A DNA stretch of 64,000 nucleotides from Candidatus Poseidoniales archaeon (GTDB lineage Archaea > Thermoplasmatota > Poseidoniia > MGIII > CG-Epi1): the NCBI GenBank assembly GCA_045567915.1, contig JBJLCA010000036.1:3410-67409 (forward strand). Reading direction: 5' to 3'. Shown here piece by piece: positions 7,762-16,287 of this stretch; the stretch's first letter is position 1; each line of letters starts with the position of its first letter. Under the pieces are notes generated by a model that saw nothing but the letters and a program-made list of their open reading frames with translations, did not search any database and was not told where the DNA came from. The position numbers were made by a program, and so were the translations under genes.

Positions 7762-9678
7762 TTACAGACGACGTGATACCAGTGCTATACCGATAACTGC
7801 CAATACACCTAGTATTAATCCGAAACCAGGTGTTTCTTCTTCCTCAGTAACTGACGTTGATGGCTCTGCAGCCGTATCGCCAACTATTACTTTGCCAACC
7901 ATTTGCATTCCAACATGTGGCTCACAGATGTAATGGAAGGTTGTTGCTTCTGTAAAAGTATGTCTGAAATCCACGGTAGTTCCAGTTGCTCCACTGTATA
8001 CTCCACCTTCTTTCCTCATTTGATCTCCTTCTGAAGAAATTTCGGCAACATTGTGTAGATCAGCTGAATCTGTCCATTGCCAGCATACAGTTTCTCCTAC
8101 CTTGATAGTTAGAGAAGCTGGGCTGTAAGCATATCCTGTAGAGTCAAGGCCTATAACATGATCGCATGTAGGCATTGAATCTTCTTCCTTAGGCTCTTCT
8201 TCCTTAACCGGCATCAATACCTTGTCAATAACATGAATAACTCCATTGCTAACAGGAACATCTGCAATGATTACGGTTGCATTGTTTACTGAGACTGTGT
8301 CACCTATCATGAACGAGAGTTTATCGCCGCTAAGAGCTGTAGCTTCCATTCCATCAGTCAAATTAGATGACATTACCTTTCCGCTAACAACATGCATTAG
8401 TAGAATATCTGCAAGAGCTGATATTTTCTCATCAGTGTCATAATCATCAAGATTAATTCCTGCAGCTGTAAATGCTTCGTCTGTTGGAGCGAATACTGTG
8501 AAAGGACCTTCTCCTTTCAATGTGGTAGTCAAATTAGCTTTCTCTAGAGCTGCAACCAATGATGTGTGAATGGTTGTAGCTGCTGCTGTAGTTGGAATAT
8601 CAACTGAAGGAATCCACATTTCATCGCAAGTTTCTTCTGTTTTTGACAAATCTACAGCGTGTGTATCCATGTCATAGCAGATTTCTCCAACCGGAGGCGT
8701 TACTGTTGTAAGTGAAGGAGGCATCAGAACTTTATCAATAATGTGAATAATTCCGTTAGAAGTTTCAACATTTGCACTAGTAACTGTTGCATCACCGTTT
8801 AGAACTACTGTGTCTTCACCGTAAAAATTAACGGTTATAGGTTCTTGAATTAAGGTATTAACTTCCATTCCATCTGAAAGATCACTTGACATTACACTTC
8901 CCATTGTAACATGGTAAGATAGAATCATAGCTAGGGTTGCATTTTCTTCATCCGTATCAAAGTCGCTTAAATTCAATCCCATTTCCTCGAAAGCTGAATC
9001 TGTAGGTGCAAATACGGTATATGGTCCGTCACCTGAAAGTACGCCTACTAAGTTTGCATGAGCCAATGCTGCAACCAATGAAGTGTGTTCACCAGTAGAA
9101 ACTGCAGTTGCTGGGATGTTAGGTAGTGTAACTGTTTCAGTAAGTGTAAATTCACCTATCATATTTGAGTGAACAGTACAGTAGTAACTCAAAGTATCAT
9201 CAACTGTGAAACCATCTTCAAACGAAATTGTAAAAGTTTCTGAACCAGCTATGCCTGAGTTACTTGACCCGTCTCCAGTCAATGTGATTTTGGCACTAGA
9301 TTCTTGCTCGTAACCAGAGTCACTGATGTAGAATGGGTGACTTGTAGCTCCGTTAAGTCTGTGAAAAGTGTACGTGTTTGTAATGTCTAATTCGCTGATT
9401 TCGGTAGTTCCTTCAGAATCTGCGTAAAATTCAAAGTAAGGTTCAGACATTGAACCTCCGCTAACATAAACATGAGTGACATCGTCACCTTCTTCGGCAC
9501 TAGCTCCGTAGCTAGATTGATCTATACCAACGCTCAAAGCCAACATGATTACGAGAGGCGTAAACATGAAAGGAGCGTAATCTTTCATAATTTTCAAAAC
9601 TGTGAAAACCGTAAAAACAGCCATAGCGGCAACGGCAGGCACAAGTCTAATTATTTGTTCAACAATTGTTGTTTTCAT
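7762..9678 (-). CDS. Surface protein: N-terminal cupredoxin-like domain, two FAS1 (fasciclin) domains, C-terminal plastocyanin-like cupredoxin, PGF-CTERM
   Basis: 'TSHPFYIS...YYCTVHSNMIGEFTL'. FAS1 motifs 'TVFAPTDSAFEEMG...NGIIHIIDKVLMP' and 'TVFAPTDEAFTAAG...NGVIHVIDKVLMP'. 'LHNVAEI...HYICEPHVGMQMVGKVIVG'. Tail 'EEETPGFGLILGVLAVIGIALVSRRL'. Confidence 0.85.
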   Translation of the reverse strand: MKTTIVEQIIRLVPAVAAMAVFTVFTVLKIMKDYAPFMFTPLVIMLALSVGIDQSSYGASAEEGDDVTHVYVSGGSMSEPYFEFYADSEGTTEISELDITNTYTFHRLNGATSHPFYISDSGYEQESSAKITLTGDGSSNSGIAGSETFTISFEDGFTVDDTLSYYCTVHSNMIGEFTLTETVTLPNIPATAVSTGEHTSLVAALAHANLVGVLSGDGPYTVFAPTDSAFEEMGLNLSDFDTDEENATLAMILSYHVTMGSVMSSDLSDGMEVNTLIQEPITVNFYGEDTVVLNGDATVTSANVETSNGIIHIIDKVLMPPSLTTVTPPVGEICYDMDTHAVDLSKTEETCDEMWIPSVDIPTTAAATTIHTSLVAALEKANLTTTLKGEGPFTVFAPTDEAFTAAGINLDDYDTDEKISALADILLMHVVSGKVMSSNLTDGMEATALSGDKLSFMIGDTVSVNNATVIIADVPVSNGVIHVIDKVLMPVKEEEPKEEDSMPTCDHVIGLDSTGYAYSPASLTIKVGETVCWQWTDSADLHNVAEISSEGDQMRKEGGVYSGATGTTVDFRHTFTEATTFHYICEPHVGMQMVGKVIVGDTAAEPSTSVTEEEETPGFGLILGVLAVIGIALVSRRL

Positions 9679-9698
9679 AATCTATTTGCGTCAAGATG

Positions 9699-9708
9699 TT
9701 ATTTAAAA
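9699..9708 (-). promoter_or_regulatory. TATA-like box (TTTTAAATAA on gene strand) centred about -26 from the ATG at 9678; implies a leaderless or near-leaderless mRNA
   Basis: A/T decamer 21-30 nt upstream of the start codon. The same geometry recurs at several first-in-operon genes in this window. Confidence 0.4.
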
Positions 9709-9755
9709 GTTGAAAACTGGTGACTAACTATTCTTTCCTAGTGCCAAATATTGCT

Positions 9756-11186
9756 TTAATTTTGATTTTGTCGACGATAATCTGCGATACTTTTTACGGC
9801 TGATGACATACATTTAGTTACCTTTTTGGCAGTAGGAATATGCAACTTCTCATCCGGACCATGTGCGTTACCTCCAGGCCCTCCTGCGCCAGTTATTATG
9901 AACTTTGAATCTGCATATCTTGCCTGTAACATAGCCATTACTGGAATAGTGCCTCCAATATACAAATCCATGAAAGAATTGCCATAAAATTCATTGCATG
10001 CTTCTTCTAATGCTAAAGAAACTGAGTCTGGTAATTTAGGAGAAAGAAAGCCATCTGCTACCTCTGTCATCTTAGCTGTAACATGGGCACCATTAGGTGG
10101 ATTTTCTTCAAGCAGTTTTTGTACTTTTTCAGCTACAAATGTTGCATCTATACCTGGTGGAGTTCTCAGAGAAATCTTCAGATCTGTATTAGTCCTTAGA
10201 ACGTTACCTGCAGACTCTATTGGTGGAATTCCATCAGCCCCTATAATCGAAAGACTTGGTTTGAGGTTCATGGTTATGAATATATCCAAAGGATCTTCAA
10301 CTTGCTTTTTTACACCATCTAAAAGTGGAAAATCTTTCATTTCATCCCCTTTCATATCAACTATCTTGGAACAAGTTTTCTTCATATCATCACTAATTTC
10401 AAGGTGTAACCATTCAGGTAAAATTTCTCCCGTTTCTTCATCTTCTAATCTAGACAATAATTGTCTTGCCAACCTAAATGACGAAGGCATCACTCCGCTT
10501 CCGTGTCCTGAATGCACACCTACTGAAGAAACATTAACTGATAGAGTACCTGCTACTATTCCTCTAAGACTTTGAGTGACCCACAGCCGATCATAGTCCA
10601 TACCGCCAGTATCAAGAACAATAACCAAATCGGGAATACCTAACTGAGGTTTTAATTCGTCAAGATAAAATTCTAAGTCAGGCGAACCACTTTCTTCTCC
10701 TGTTTCAATTAGAAAACGACAAGTTGGATGTGGAATATCTTGTTCTTGCAAACCTAATACTGATAAAACTCCAGCATAACCTCCGTAACCGTCATCAACA
10801 CTTCCTCTACCAAATAGCCATCCATCCTCTATTACTGGTTTCCAAGGTCCTTTTCCTTCAGACCAACCTGTAGCTTCAGGTTGTTTGTCTAAATGTGAAT
10901 AAAAAAGAATTTCACCATCAGATTCACCATCAATTGTAACTAATAAAACTGGAGAACGATCTTTAAGACGATGAACTGAAACACTTGATTTTTCTAATGG
11001 TAAACTTCGAACCCAAGAAACAAATGTTTCTATTGCTGCATCGAGATAGCCGTTTTCTTCCCATTCTGAATCAAATGAAGGTGATAAAGCTGGAATTTCT
11101 ATGAAATCACAAAGACTTGGCAATGCTGATTCATCCCATTGCTTGTCAATATACTTAGATAATCTGGAATAGTCAATAGATTTCAT
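9756..11186 (-). CDS. M20-family metallopeptidase (dipeptidase / deacylase-like)
   Basis: 'FYSHLDKQP', 'GRGSVDDGYG', 'IETGEESGS', 'GGTIPVM'. Start moved to the Met at 11186 (MKSIDYSRL...), which removes the overlap with the upstream stop at 11191. The listed ORF start is 11219. Confidence 0.75.
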   Translation of the reverse strand: MKSIDYSRLSKYIDKQWDESALPSLCDFIEIPALSPSFDSEWEENGYLDAAIETFVSWVRSLPLEKSSVSVHRLKDRSPVLLVTIDGESDGEILFYSHLDKQPEATGWSEGKGPWKPVIEDGWLFGRGSVDDGYGGYAGVLSVLGLQEQDIPHPTCRFLIETGEESGSPDLEFYLDELKPQLGIPDLVIVLDTGGMDYDRLWVTQSLRGIVAGTLSVNVSSVGVHSGHGSGVMPSSFRLARQLLSRLEDEETGEILPEWLHLEISDDMKKTCSKIVDMKGDEMKDFPLLDGVKKQVEDPLDIFITMNLKPSLSIIGADGIPPIESAGNVLRTNTDLKISLRTPPGIDATFVAEKVQKLLEENPPNGAHVTAKMTEVADGFLSPKLPDSVSLALEEACNEFYGNSFMDLYIGGTIPVMAMLQARYADSKFIITGAGGPGGNAHGPDEKLHIPTAKKVTKCMSSAVKSIADYRRQNQN

Positions 11187-11190
11187 AAGA

Positions 11191-13503
11191 TCAATTTCTT
11201 GGCTTTCTAATAATTGCAATTAGTGCAATCGATAAGGTTGCTAAAACAAAATTAAAACCAGGCAATGATCCATCTTCGTTACTAATTTCATCAAATATCT
11301 GAGATGCTGAACACCCCTCGACATCTACAGCTTCTCCTGCCGGAGTGCCGGGACATACATCACTATCATCATCTATTCCATCATTATCATCATCCATATC
11401 GTTTTCATCTAAAATTCCATCATTGTCATCATCTTCATCAAACTTATCAACTATTCCATCATTATCTACATCCGGATCTCCTTCTTCCTTCAAAATCTCA
11501 TTTCTTTCGTCGTCAGTTAATGGAATTGCTTTGACATAAGTTAAAACATCTGTTTCGTTCTTATCATCCCAAACCCATTGAGGTATAAGTGCCTCATAGT
11601 GATTAGTGCCATTTATTTCATATTCTACAACGATTCCGCGCCAGTCATAATAGCAACGTGCATCATTCAAATACTTATCAAAACCCCAGACTTCTAGACA
11701 ATCTTCAGTACCCGAATCATTTGGTTCTACATAATACTGCTCATCAAACCCACAAAGATTATTTGGATCTTCCTGGCAAGTAGGCCATATACTATGGTTA
11801 AATTCCTCTCCAGTAACCCATTCCCAGCCCCCTGACGGCTCAGAATAATTTGGACTACTTAGATTTTGAAAACCCCCTAGCCAATATGTCTCTCCATCTA
11901 ATAATGAATAAATTAGTTTAGCTTCTTCCTTACTAGATATTGTAGCAAGATGGCCATTTACTCCTTCATAAGTTAAAGTTTTAGCAAAATCTGCAGCCTC
12001 AAACCAATTATGGCTCTCAGAATCACTAAAACCTTGAGTGAAATTTGCTGTAAATGTTCCAACTGTATTATTATCTATTGTATTAAAACTAAACCACTCT
12101 GTAGGTAAATTATCAGAATAATATTCATTACCGCTTACATCAACGCTTGTAAAAACTTCGCCATAACCTAAACTAACATGAAAGTTAGTTTCTTTCCCTT
12201 TAAAATCTTCATTAGGCCATACAAATTCCATTGTGTGATTTCCTACAGTATGAGAACTATTTGGAAAAGACACATGCATCCATTGTCCAATCCATAGCCT
12301 ATTATCAGATTTATCTGAGAAACTACCTAATAGACTTGAAGTAGGGCCAACACTTTCGAATTCCCAATTATCCCATACTGCATTAATACCATTGATTGCA
12401 AGAGTAGGGCCTTCTGAAATTATTTGTTCTGGTTCGTCGTAATGCTCTTCCAACATTTCTCGCTGAATTGATGTTAATTTTTCACCTGAATTGAAATCCT
12501 GACCTGAATCATTATTGGAAAGTGTCTCATTTACGTTAGCTAAACGTTGAGTCATTAACCCTCGTGCTTTTCCATCAATCATCGATTCCATTATGAAATT
12601 GTCACGGACCCAAGTGATCATCTCTAAAGTAATCAAATCGTTTAAAGTCGCATTATCTTTAACAAGTATTTGGGATTTACCATCATATGCTGCAGTTATA
12701 TTTGCAATGTTTTCTAAAACATCATCATTATCTGCAGTTCCATTTGCTGCATCACCAAGTAATTTTACAACTTCTGTTCTATATTGTTGGTCAAGAATAG
12801 AAAGTTGATAACTTTTTACCAAAAGTTTTCGGAAATTTTCGGACTCTGCATTAGAATACTCTCTACGCATGTAAACATAACCACTAAATTCTTCTGCGTC
12901 ACACTGATAAACTAAATCGTCCATTTCTGTTAAACCATAAGAATGAGTTGAGTTAAGTATACCATTGGAATCATATAAGCTAAAACCACCATCTACAATC
13001 GAAGTATGACCTTCATTAAAAATCATAGTATATTCTAGTTTACTAATTCCATTCATAACTGTAGTCTTTTCTGGTTCTGAAAAATTAAGAACTCCTAAAA
13101 ATGTTCTATTATCATAATCAAAGTAGGTCTCAGTAAACTGTTTTTGATTTGGAAAGAACTCACCATTATCCATAATCCAGTCTACACCAAAAAACCCTCC
13201 AAAATTCTCCCAGTTTATGTAGACATTATTTTCATCTTCAAAATGGTAAGAAGCTACGCCAAATGAATTATCTATATTCAAATTAACTGTCGAATTGCGC
13301 TGCAAATACACATTGCCCATGAATGAATCGGGGTTACAATTATTATTTCTCTGATCTAATTCATGCAGATGAAAATCATATTGTAAATATGGTTGATATT
13401 CATAAAATTCTTCATCATATTCTGCGCTATAGTTTGGAGTGAAAAAAAGAACTCCTGAAACAAGTGACGCGACTAAAAACAAAGCTACAAATGCTCTTGA
13501 CAT
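11191..13503 (-). CDS. Secreted surface protein with C-type lectin-like domain, Asp-rich thrombospondin-type-3-like Ca-binding repeats and PGF-CTERM
   Basis: Signal peptide 'MSRAFVALFLVASLVSGVLF'. CTLD-like pattern 'GHLATISSKEEAKLIYSLL..YWLGG...GGWEWVTGEEF...EPNDSGTEDCLEVW...LNDARC...IVVEYE' (nt 11617-12012). 'DPDVDNDGIVDKFDEDDDNDGILDENDMDDDNDGIDDDSD' (11347-11478). Tail 'SLPGFNFVLATLSIALIAIIRKPRN'. Confidence 0.8.
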   Translation of the reverse strand: MSRAFVALFLVASLVSGVLFFTPNYSAEYDEEFYEYQPYLQYDFHLHELDQRNNNCNPDSFMGNVYLQRNSTVNLNIDNSFGVASYHFEDENNVYINWENFGGFFGVDWIMDNGEFFPNQKQFTETYFDYDNRTFLGVLNFSEPEKTTVMNGISKLEYTMIFNEGHTSIVDGGFSLYDSNGILNSTHSYGLTEMDDLVYQCDAEEFSGYVYMRREYSNAESENFRKLLVKSYQLSILDQQYRTEVVKLLGDAANGTADNDDVLENIANITAAYDGKSQILVKDNATLNDLITLEMITWVRDNFIMESMIDGKARGLMTQRLANVNETLSNNDSGQDFNSGEKLTSIQREMLEEHYDEPEQIISEGPTLAINGINAVWDNWEFESVGPTSSLLGSFSDKSDNRLWIGQWMHVSFPNSSHTVGNHTMEFVWPNEDFKGKETNFHVSLGYGEVFTSVDVSGNEYYSDNLPTEWFSFNTIDNNTVGTFTANFTQGFSDSESHNWFEAADFAKTLTYEGVNGHLATISSKEEAKLIYSLLDGETYWLGGFQNLSSPNYSEPSGGWEWVTGEEFNHSIWPTCQEDPNNLCGFDEQYYVEPNDSGTEDCLEVWGFDKYLNDARCYYDWRGIVVEYEINGTNHYEALIPQWVWDDKNETDVLTYVKAIPLTDDERNEILKEEGDPDVDNDGIVDKFDEDDDNDGILDENDMDDDNDGIDDDSDVCPGTPAGEAVDVEGCSASQIFDEISNEDGSLPGFNFVLATLSIALIAIIRKPRN

Positions 13504-13524
13504 AATAATATGTTAGTCTTATGG

Positions 13525-13532
13525 TATTTATA
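13525..13532 (-). promoter_or_regulatory. TATA-like box (TATAAATA on gene strand), -22 to -29 from the ATG at 13503
   Basis: A/T octamer in the 77-nt divergent intergenic region. Confidence 0.35.
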
Positions 13533-13550
13533 GAATGTTGTCAAACAAAC

Positions 13551-13558
13551 TATAATAA
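13551..13558 (+). promoter_or_regulatory. TATA-like box (TATAATAA), -23 to -30 from the ctaA ATG at 13581
   Basis: A/T octamer in the 77-nt divergent intergenic region, with the same spacing as the other promoters here. Confidence 0.35.
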
Positions 13559-13580
13559 CTGGAGTTGACCGTAAAATCGT

Positions 13581-14618
13581 ATGGAGCCTTGGTATCGCTC
13601 ATATATTATTCCTTTCGGATTAGCTTTTATTGCTTTTCTGATTATTACAACGGGAGGTTGGATTCGCATAAATGATGCTGGAGAAAGCTGTCCAGACTGG
13701 CCTACTTGTTTCGGTACTTGGGGGTTCGATGTTTCTGCAGATGATCAAGAAGAATGGTGGGAGGAAAATCCAGATGAAATAGACTCCAGAGGTGGAACTC
13801 ACAGATATACTACTTATCAAATTTTTACTGAATGGGCTCATAGAGCCTTGGTAGGAGTCATAGGCATTCTTGTTGCTTACAGTCACTATACTGCTTGGTC
13901 TCTCAGAGATAAAATCGGGGATAGAGTTTACAAAATACATTTTGTATCAAGTATGTTCCTAATTATGCAAGCTGTTTTAGGTTATGTAACTGTTGATTTA
14001 GATAATGCCCCATGGACTGTATCTTTGCATCTATTTATGGCTCTTATTTTTACTATTTCATTAATTACTGTTGGATTTGTATGGTGGCAAGGGCAAGCTG
14101 GGCTGCCAACAGTTTTTAATGTTGAACAAATAAGTGAAAGATTAAAAAAATATATTTGGTATCTAACTATTATTGTACTCATACAATTAATGATTGGAGC
14201 TTACCTTTCCACTAGTTATCACAGAGCTGCTTGTGATATCGGATTTTACAAGGGATGGCCTCTATGCCAAGGTTCAATTTTACCTGTATTGAAACAATTT
14301 GGACTCATGCTAAATTATGGACATCGAATCTCTGCAATTATCGTCGGAGGATTGCTATTGTATGTTGAAAGAGAATCGAGAAATGAATTCAAGAATTCAA
14401 AATCAATTGTAGACAAAATGCTAAAGATAACTGGCATTTTCTATTTCACAAACATAATTTTAGGTGGTTTGTATGTTGTTACTGCAGTCGATGGAGCTTT
14501 CCTTGGATGGCTTTCACTTATACATTTACTTGTAGGGGCCTGTGTATTCCTAACACTAGCTACAACATATTTACTGATTAATTTAACAACACCTAAGGAG
14601 AAAAATGTCCCAAACTAA
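13581..14618 (+). CDS. ctaA: Heme A synthase (COX15/CtaA)
   Basis: 'CPDWPTCFG' near the N-terminus, 8 predicted TM helices with conserved His, directly upstream of ctaB and cox genes. Confidence 0.85.
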   Translation: MEPWYRSYIIPFGLAFIAFLIITTGGWIRINDAGESCPDWPTCFGTWGFDVSADDQEEWWEENPDEIDSRGGTHRYTTYQIFTEWAHRALVGVIGILVAYSHYTAWSLRDKIGDRVYKIHFVSSMFLIMQAVLGYVTVDLDNAPWTVSLHLFMALIFTISLITVGFVWWQGQAGLPTVFNVEQISERLKKYIWYLTIIVLIQLMIGAYLSTSYHRAACDIGFYKGWPLCQGSILPVLKQFGLMLNYGHRISAIIVGGLLLYVERESRNEFKNSKSIVDKMLKITGIFYFTNIILGGLYVVTAVDGAFLGWLSLIHLLVGACVFLTLATTYLLINLTTPKEKNVPN

Positions 14619-15513
14619 GCCTTCATTACTAAAAATATATTGGATTTTAATGAAGCCTAGAGTTGTTTTCTTGTTACAAGTTACAGCACTATGTGGGATT
14701 TTTACTTATGATTTCAAAGAAGGATACGATTCTGGAAGAACATACGTTGATAGCTTTACAACTTCATTAATTGTTCTAATTGGCGGAACCATGGCAAGTG
14801 GCGGTTCCATGGCTGTAAATATGTGGTATGAAAGAGATATTGATCCGCTTATGGAAAGAACTGAAAATAGGCCAATACAGTCTGGTTTTATTTCTCCAAA
14901 TCATGCCCTACTTTTTGGCATTAGTATTTCATTAATAGGAATTATTTTAGTATCATTGCTCACAAACTTAAATGCCGGAATTATTACTGCATTAAGTGCA
15001 TTATTTTACACCGTAATTTACACAATGGTACTGAAGAGAAGAACGCCCCAGAATATTGTAATAGGTGGATTGGCTGGTTCTACTCCACCAGCAATAGGTT
15101 GGGCTGCAGCTTCAAATGAAATTGATGTGTTATTGCCTTGGCTGATGGTTGCAACTATTTTCCTTTGGACTCCAGCTCATTTTTGGGCTTTAACACTTTC
15201 AAAAAGAAAAGATTATGGAGAAGCTGGCGTCCCTATGTTACCTGTGATAAGAGGTGAAGATGTAACTCGAAACTACATCCTAGGATACTGCTTATGCCTC
15301 ATAGTTAATTCTGTACTGATAATAATTCTTGGAAGTACGGGATTGATATTCATGATTTTAGGAATCTCTCTTTCACTATATTTTGCCTATTTAGCATATA
15401 ATTTAACTAAAACAAAATCTTCAGACGATGCATGGGCATTATTTAAATTTTCAAATGCATACCTTTTTTCACTTTTCATTTTCTTAGTATTTGATACGGC
15501 CTATTTACTATAA
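14605..15513 (+). CDS. ctaB: Protoheme IX farnesyltransferase (heme O synthase)
   Basis: UbiA-family motifs 'NMWYERDIDPLMERTENRP' and 'GGLAGSTPPAIGW', 'LWTPAHFWAL'. 14-nt overlap with ctaA, with GGAG upstream of the ATG. Confidence 0.9.
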   Translation: MSQTKPSLLKIYWILMKPRVVFLLQVTALCGIFTYDFKEGYDSGRTYVDSFTTSLIVLIGGTMASGGSMAVNMWYERDIDPLMERTENRPIQSGFISPNHALLFGISISLIGIILVSLLTNLNAGIITALSALFYTVIYTMVLKRRTPQNIVIGGLAGSTPPAIGWAAASNEIDVLLPWLMVATIFLWTPAHFWALTLSKRKDYGEAGVPMLPVIRGEDVTRNYILGYCLCLIVNSVLIIILGSTGLIFMILGISLSLYFAYLAYNLTKTKSSDDAWALFKFSNAYLFSLFIFLVFDTAYLL

Positions 15514-15579
15514 ATCTATAGCGAACTTTAATAATGGCATTCTATATACAACAGATAGTTTACTTTTAAGTGGATAAAA

Positions 15580-16287
15580 ATGTCGTTAATCAGTGACCTA
15601 ATTTACTTTGAAAATCCAGCTATATGGGATAGCTTCGGAGGCACTAGCTCCGGATTTGGTGGATTAACATGGCAAATGTTTATCTGGTCTGTAGTAGTAG
15701 GTGTTTTGGTTATTGTTTGGCTAATGTACAACTTAATTTACTTTAGACGTAAAGAAGGCGATCCTGAACCTAAAGATGCCTTAAAAGCAGGAGTATTCCC
15801 TCATGAGAGAGGAGATGTTAAGATTGAATTAACATGGACTATTGCCCCTTTGATTCTTGTGTCTTGGCTTACTTTCCTATCATTGGCTCCTTTGGATTAC
15901 ATGTGGGATGTTCCAGACAATGGAGATGCCGATGTCACTGTAGATGTTACTGCAGGATCTTGGTACTGGGGATTTGAATACGCTAATGACTATGTAAAGC
16001 CTGAAGAATTTACAAAGTGTTCTTCTAATATAAATTGTCTAGAAGTACCTGCAAATAGCATTATTCGTTTTAACATTACATCTCAAGACGTTTTACACGC
16101 TTTTTACCTTCCTGATATGGGAATTAAACAAGACGCAGTTCCTGGATTGGATACAGCTACATGGGTTGACACTAGTATGGTAACTGCTAGAGATGAACCT
16201 TACCGAATTTACTGTACTGAATATTGTGGAAATAGCCATTCTCAGATGCTAGCTGAAATTTATGTCACTGAGGTTAATAATGCTTAG
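15580..16287 (+). CDS. coxB: Heme-copper (cytochrome c / quinol-type) oxidase subunit II with CuA site
   Basis: Two N-terminal TM helices. CuA ligands 'HAFYLPDMG...YCTEYCGNSHSQM' (H, C-x-E-x-C-x3-H-x2-M). Confidence 0.9.
   Translation: MSLISDLIYFENPAIWDSFGGTSSGFGGLTWQMFIWSVVVGVLVIVWLMYNLIYFRRKEGDPEPKDALKAGVFPHERGDVKIELTWTIAPLILVSWLTFLSLAPLDYMWDVPDNGDADVTVDVTAGSWYWGFEYANDYVKPEEFTKCSSNINCLEVPANSIIRFNITSQDVLHAFYLPDMGIKQDAVPGLDTATWVDTSMVTARDEPYRIYCTEYCGNSHSQMLAEIYVTEVNNA

Noticed and set aside
9994-10575. 193-aa plus-strand ORF
   Set aside because: Lies entirely antisense to the well-supported M20 peptidase gene. Ser/Pro-rich low-complexity translation with no motif. Typical shadow ORF.
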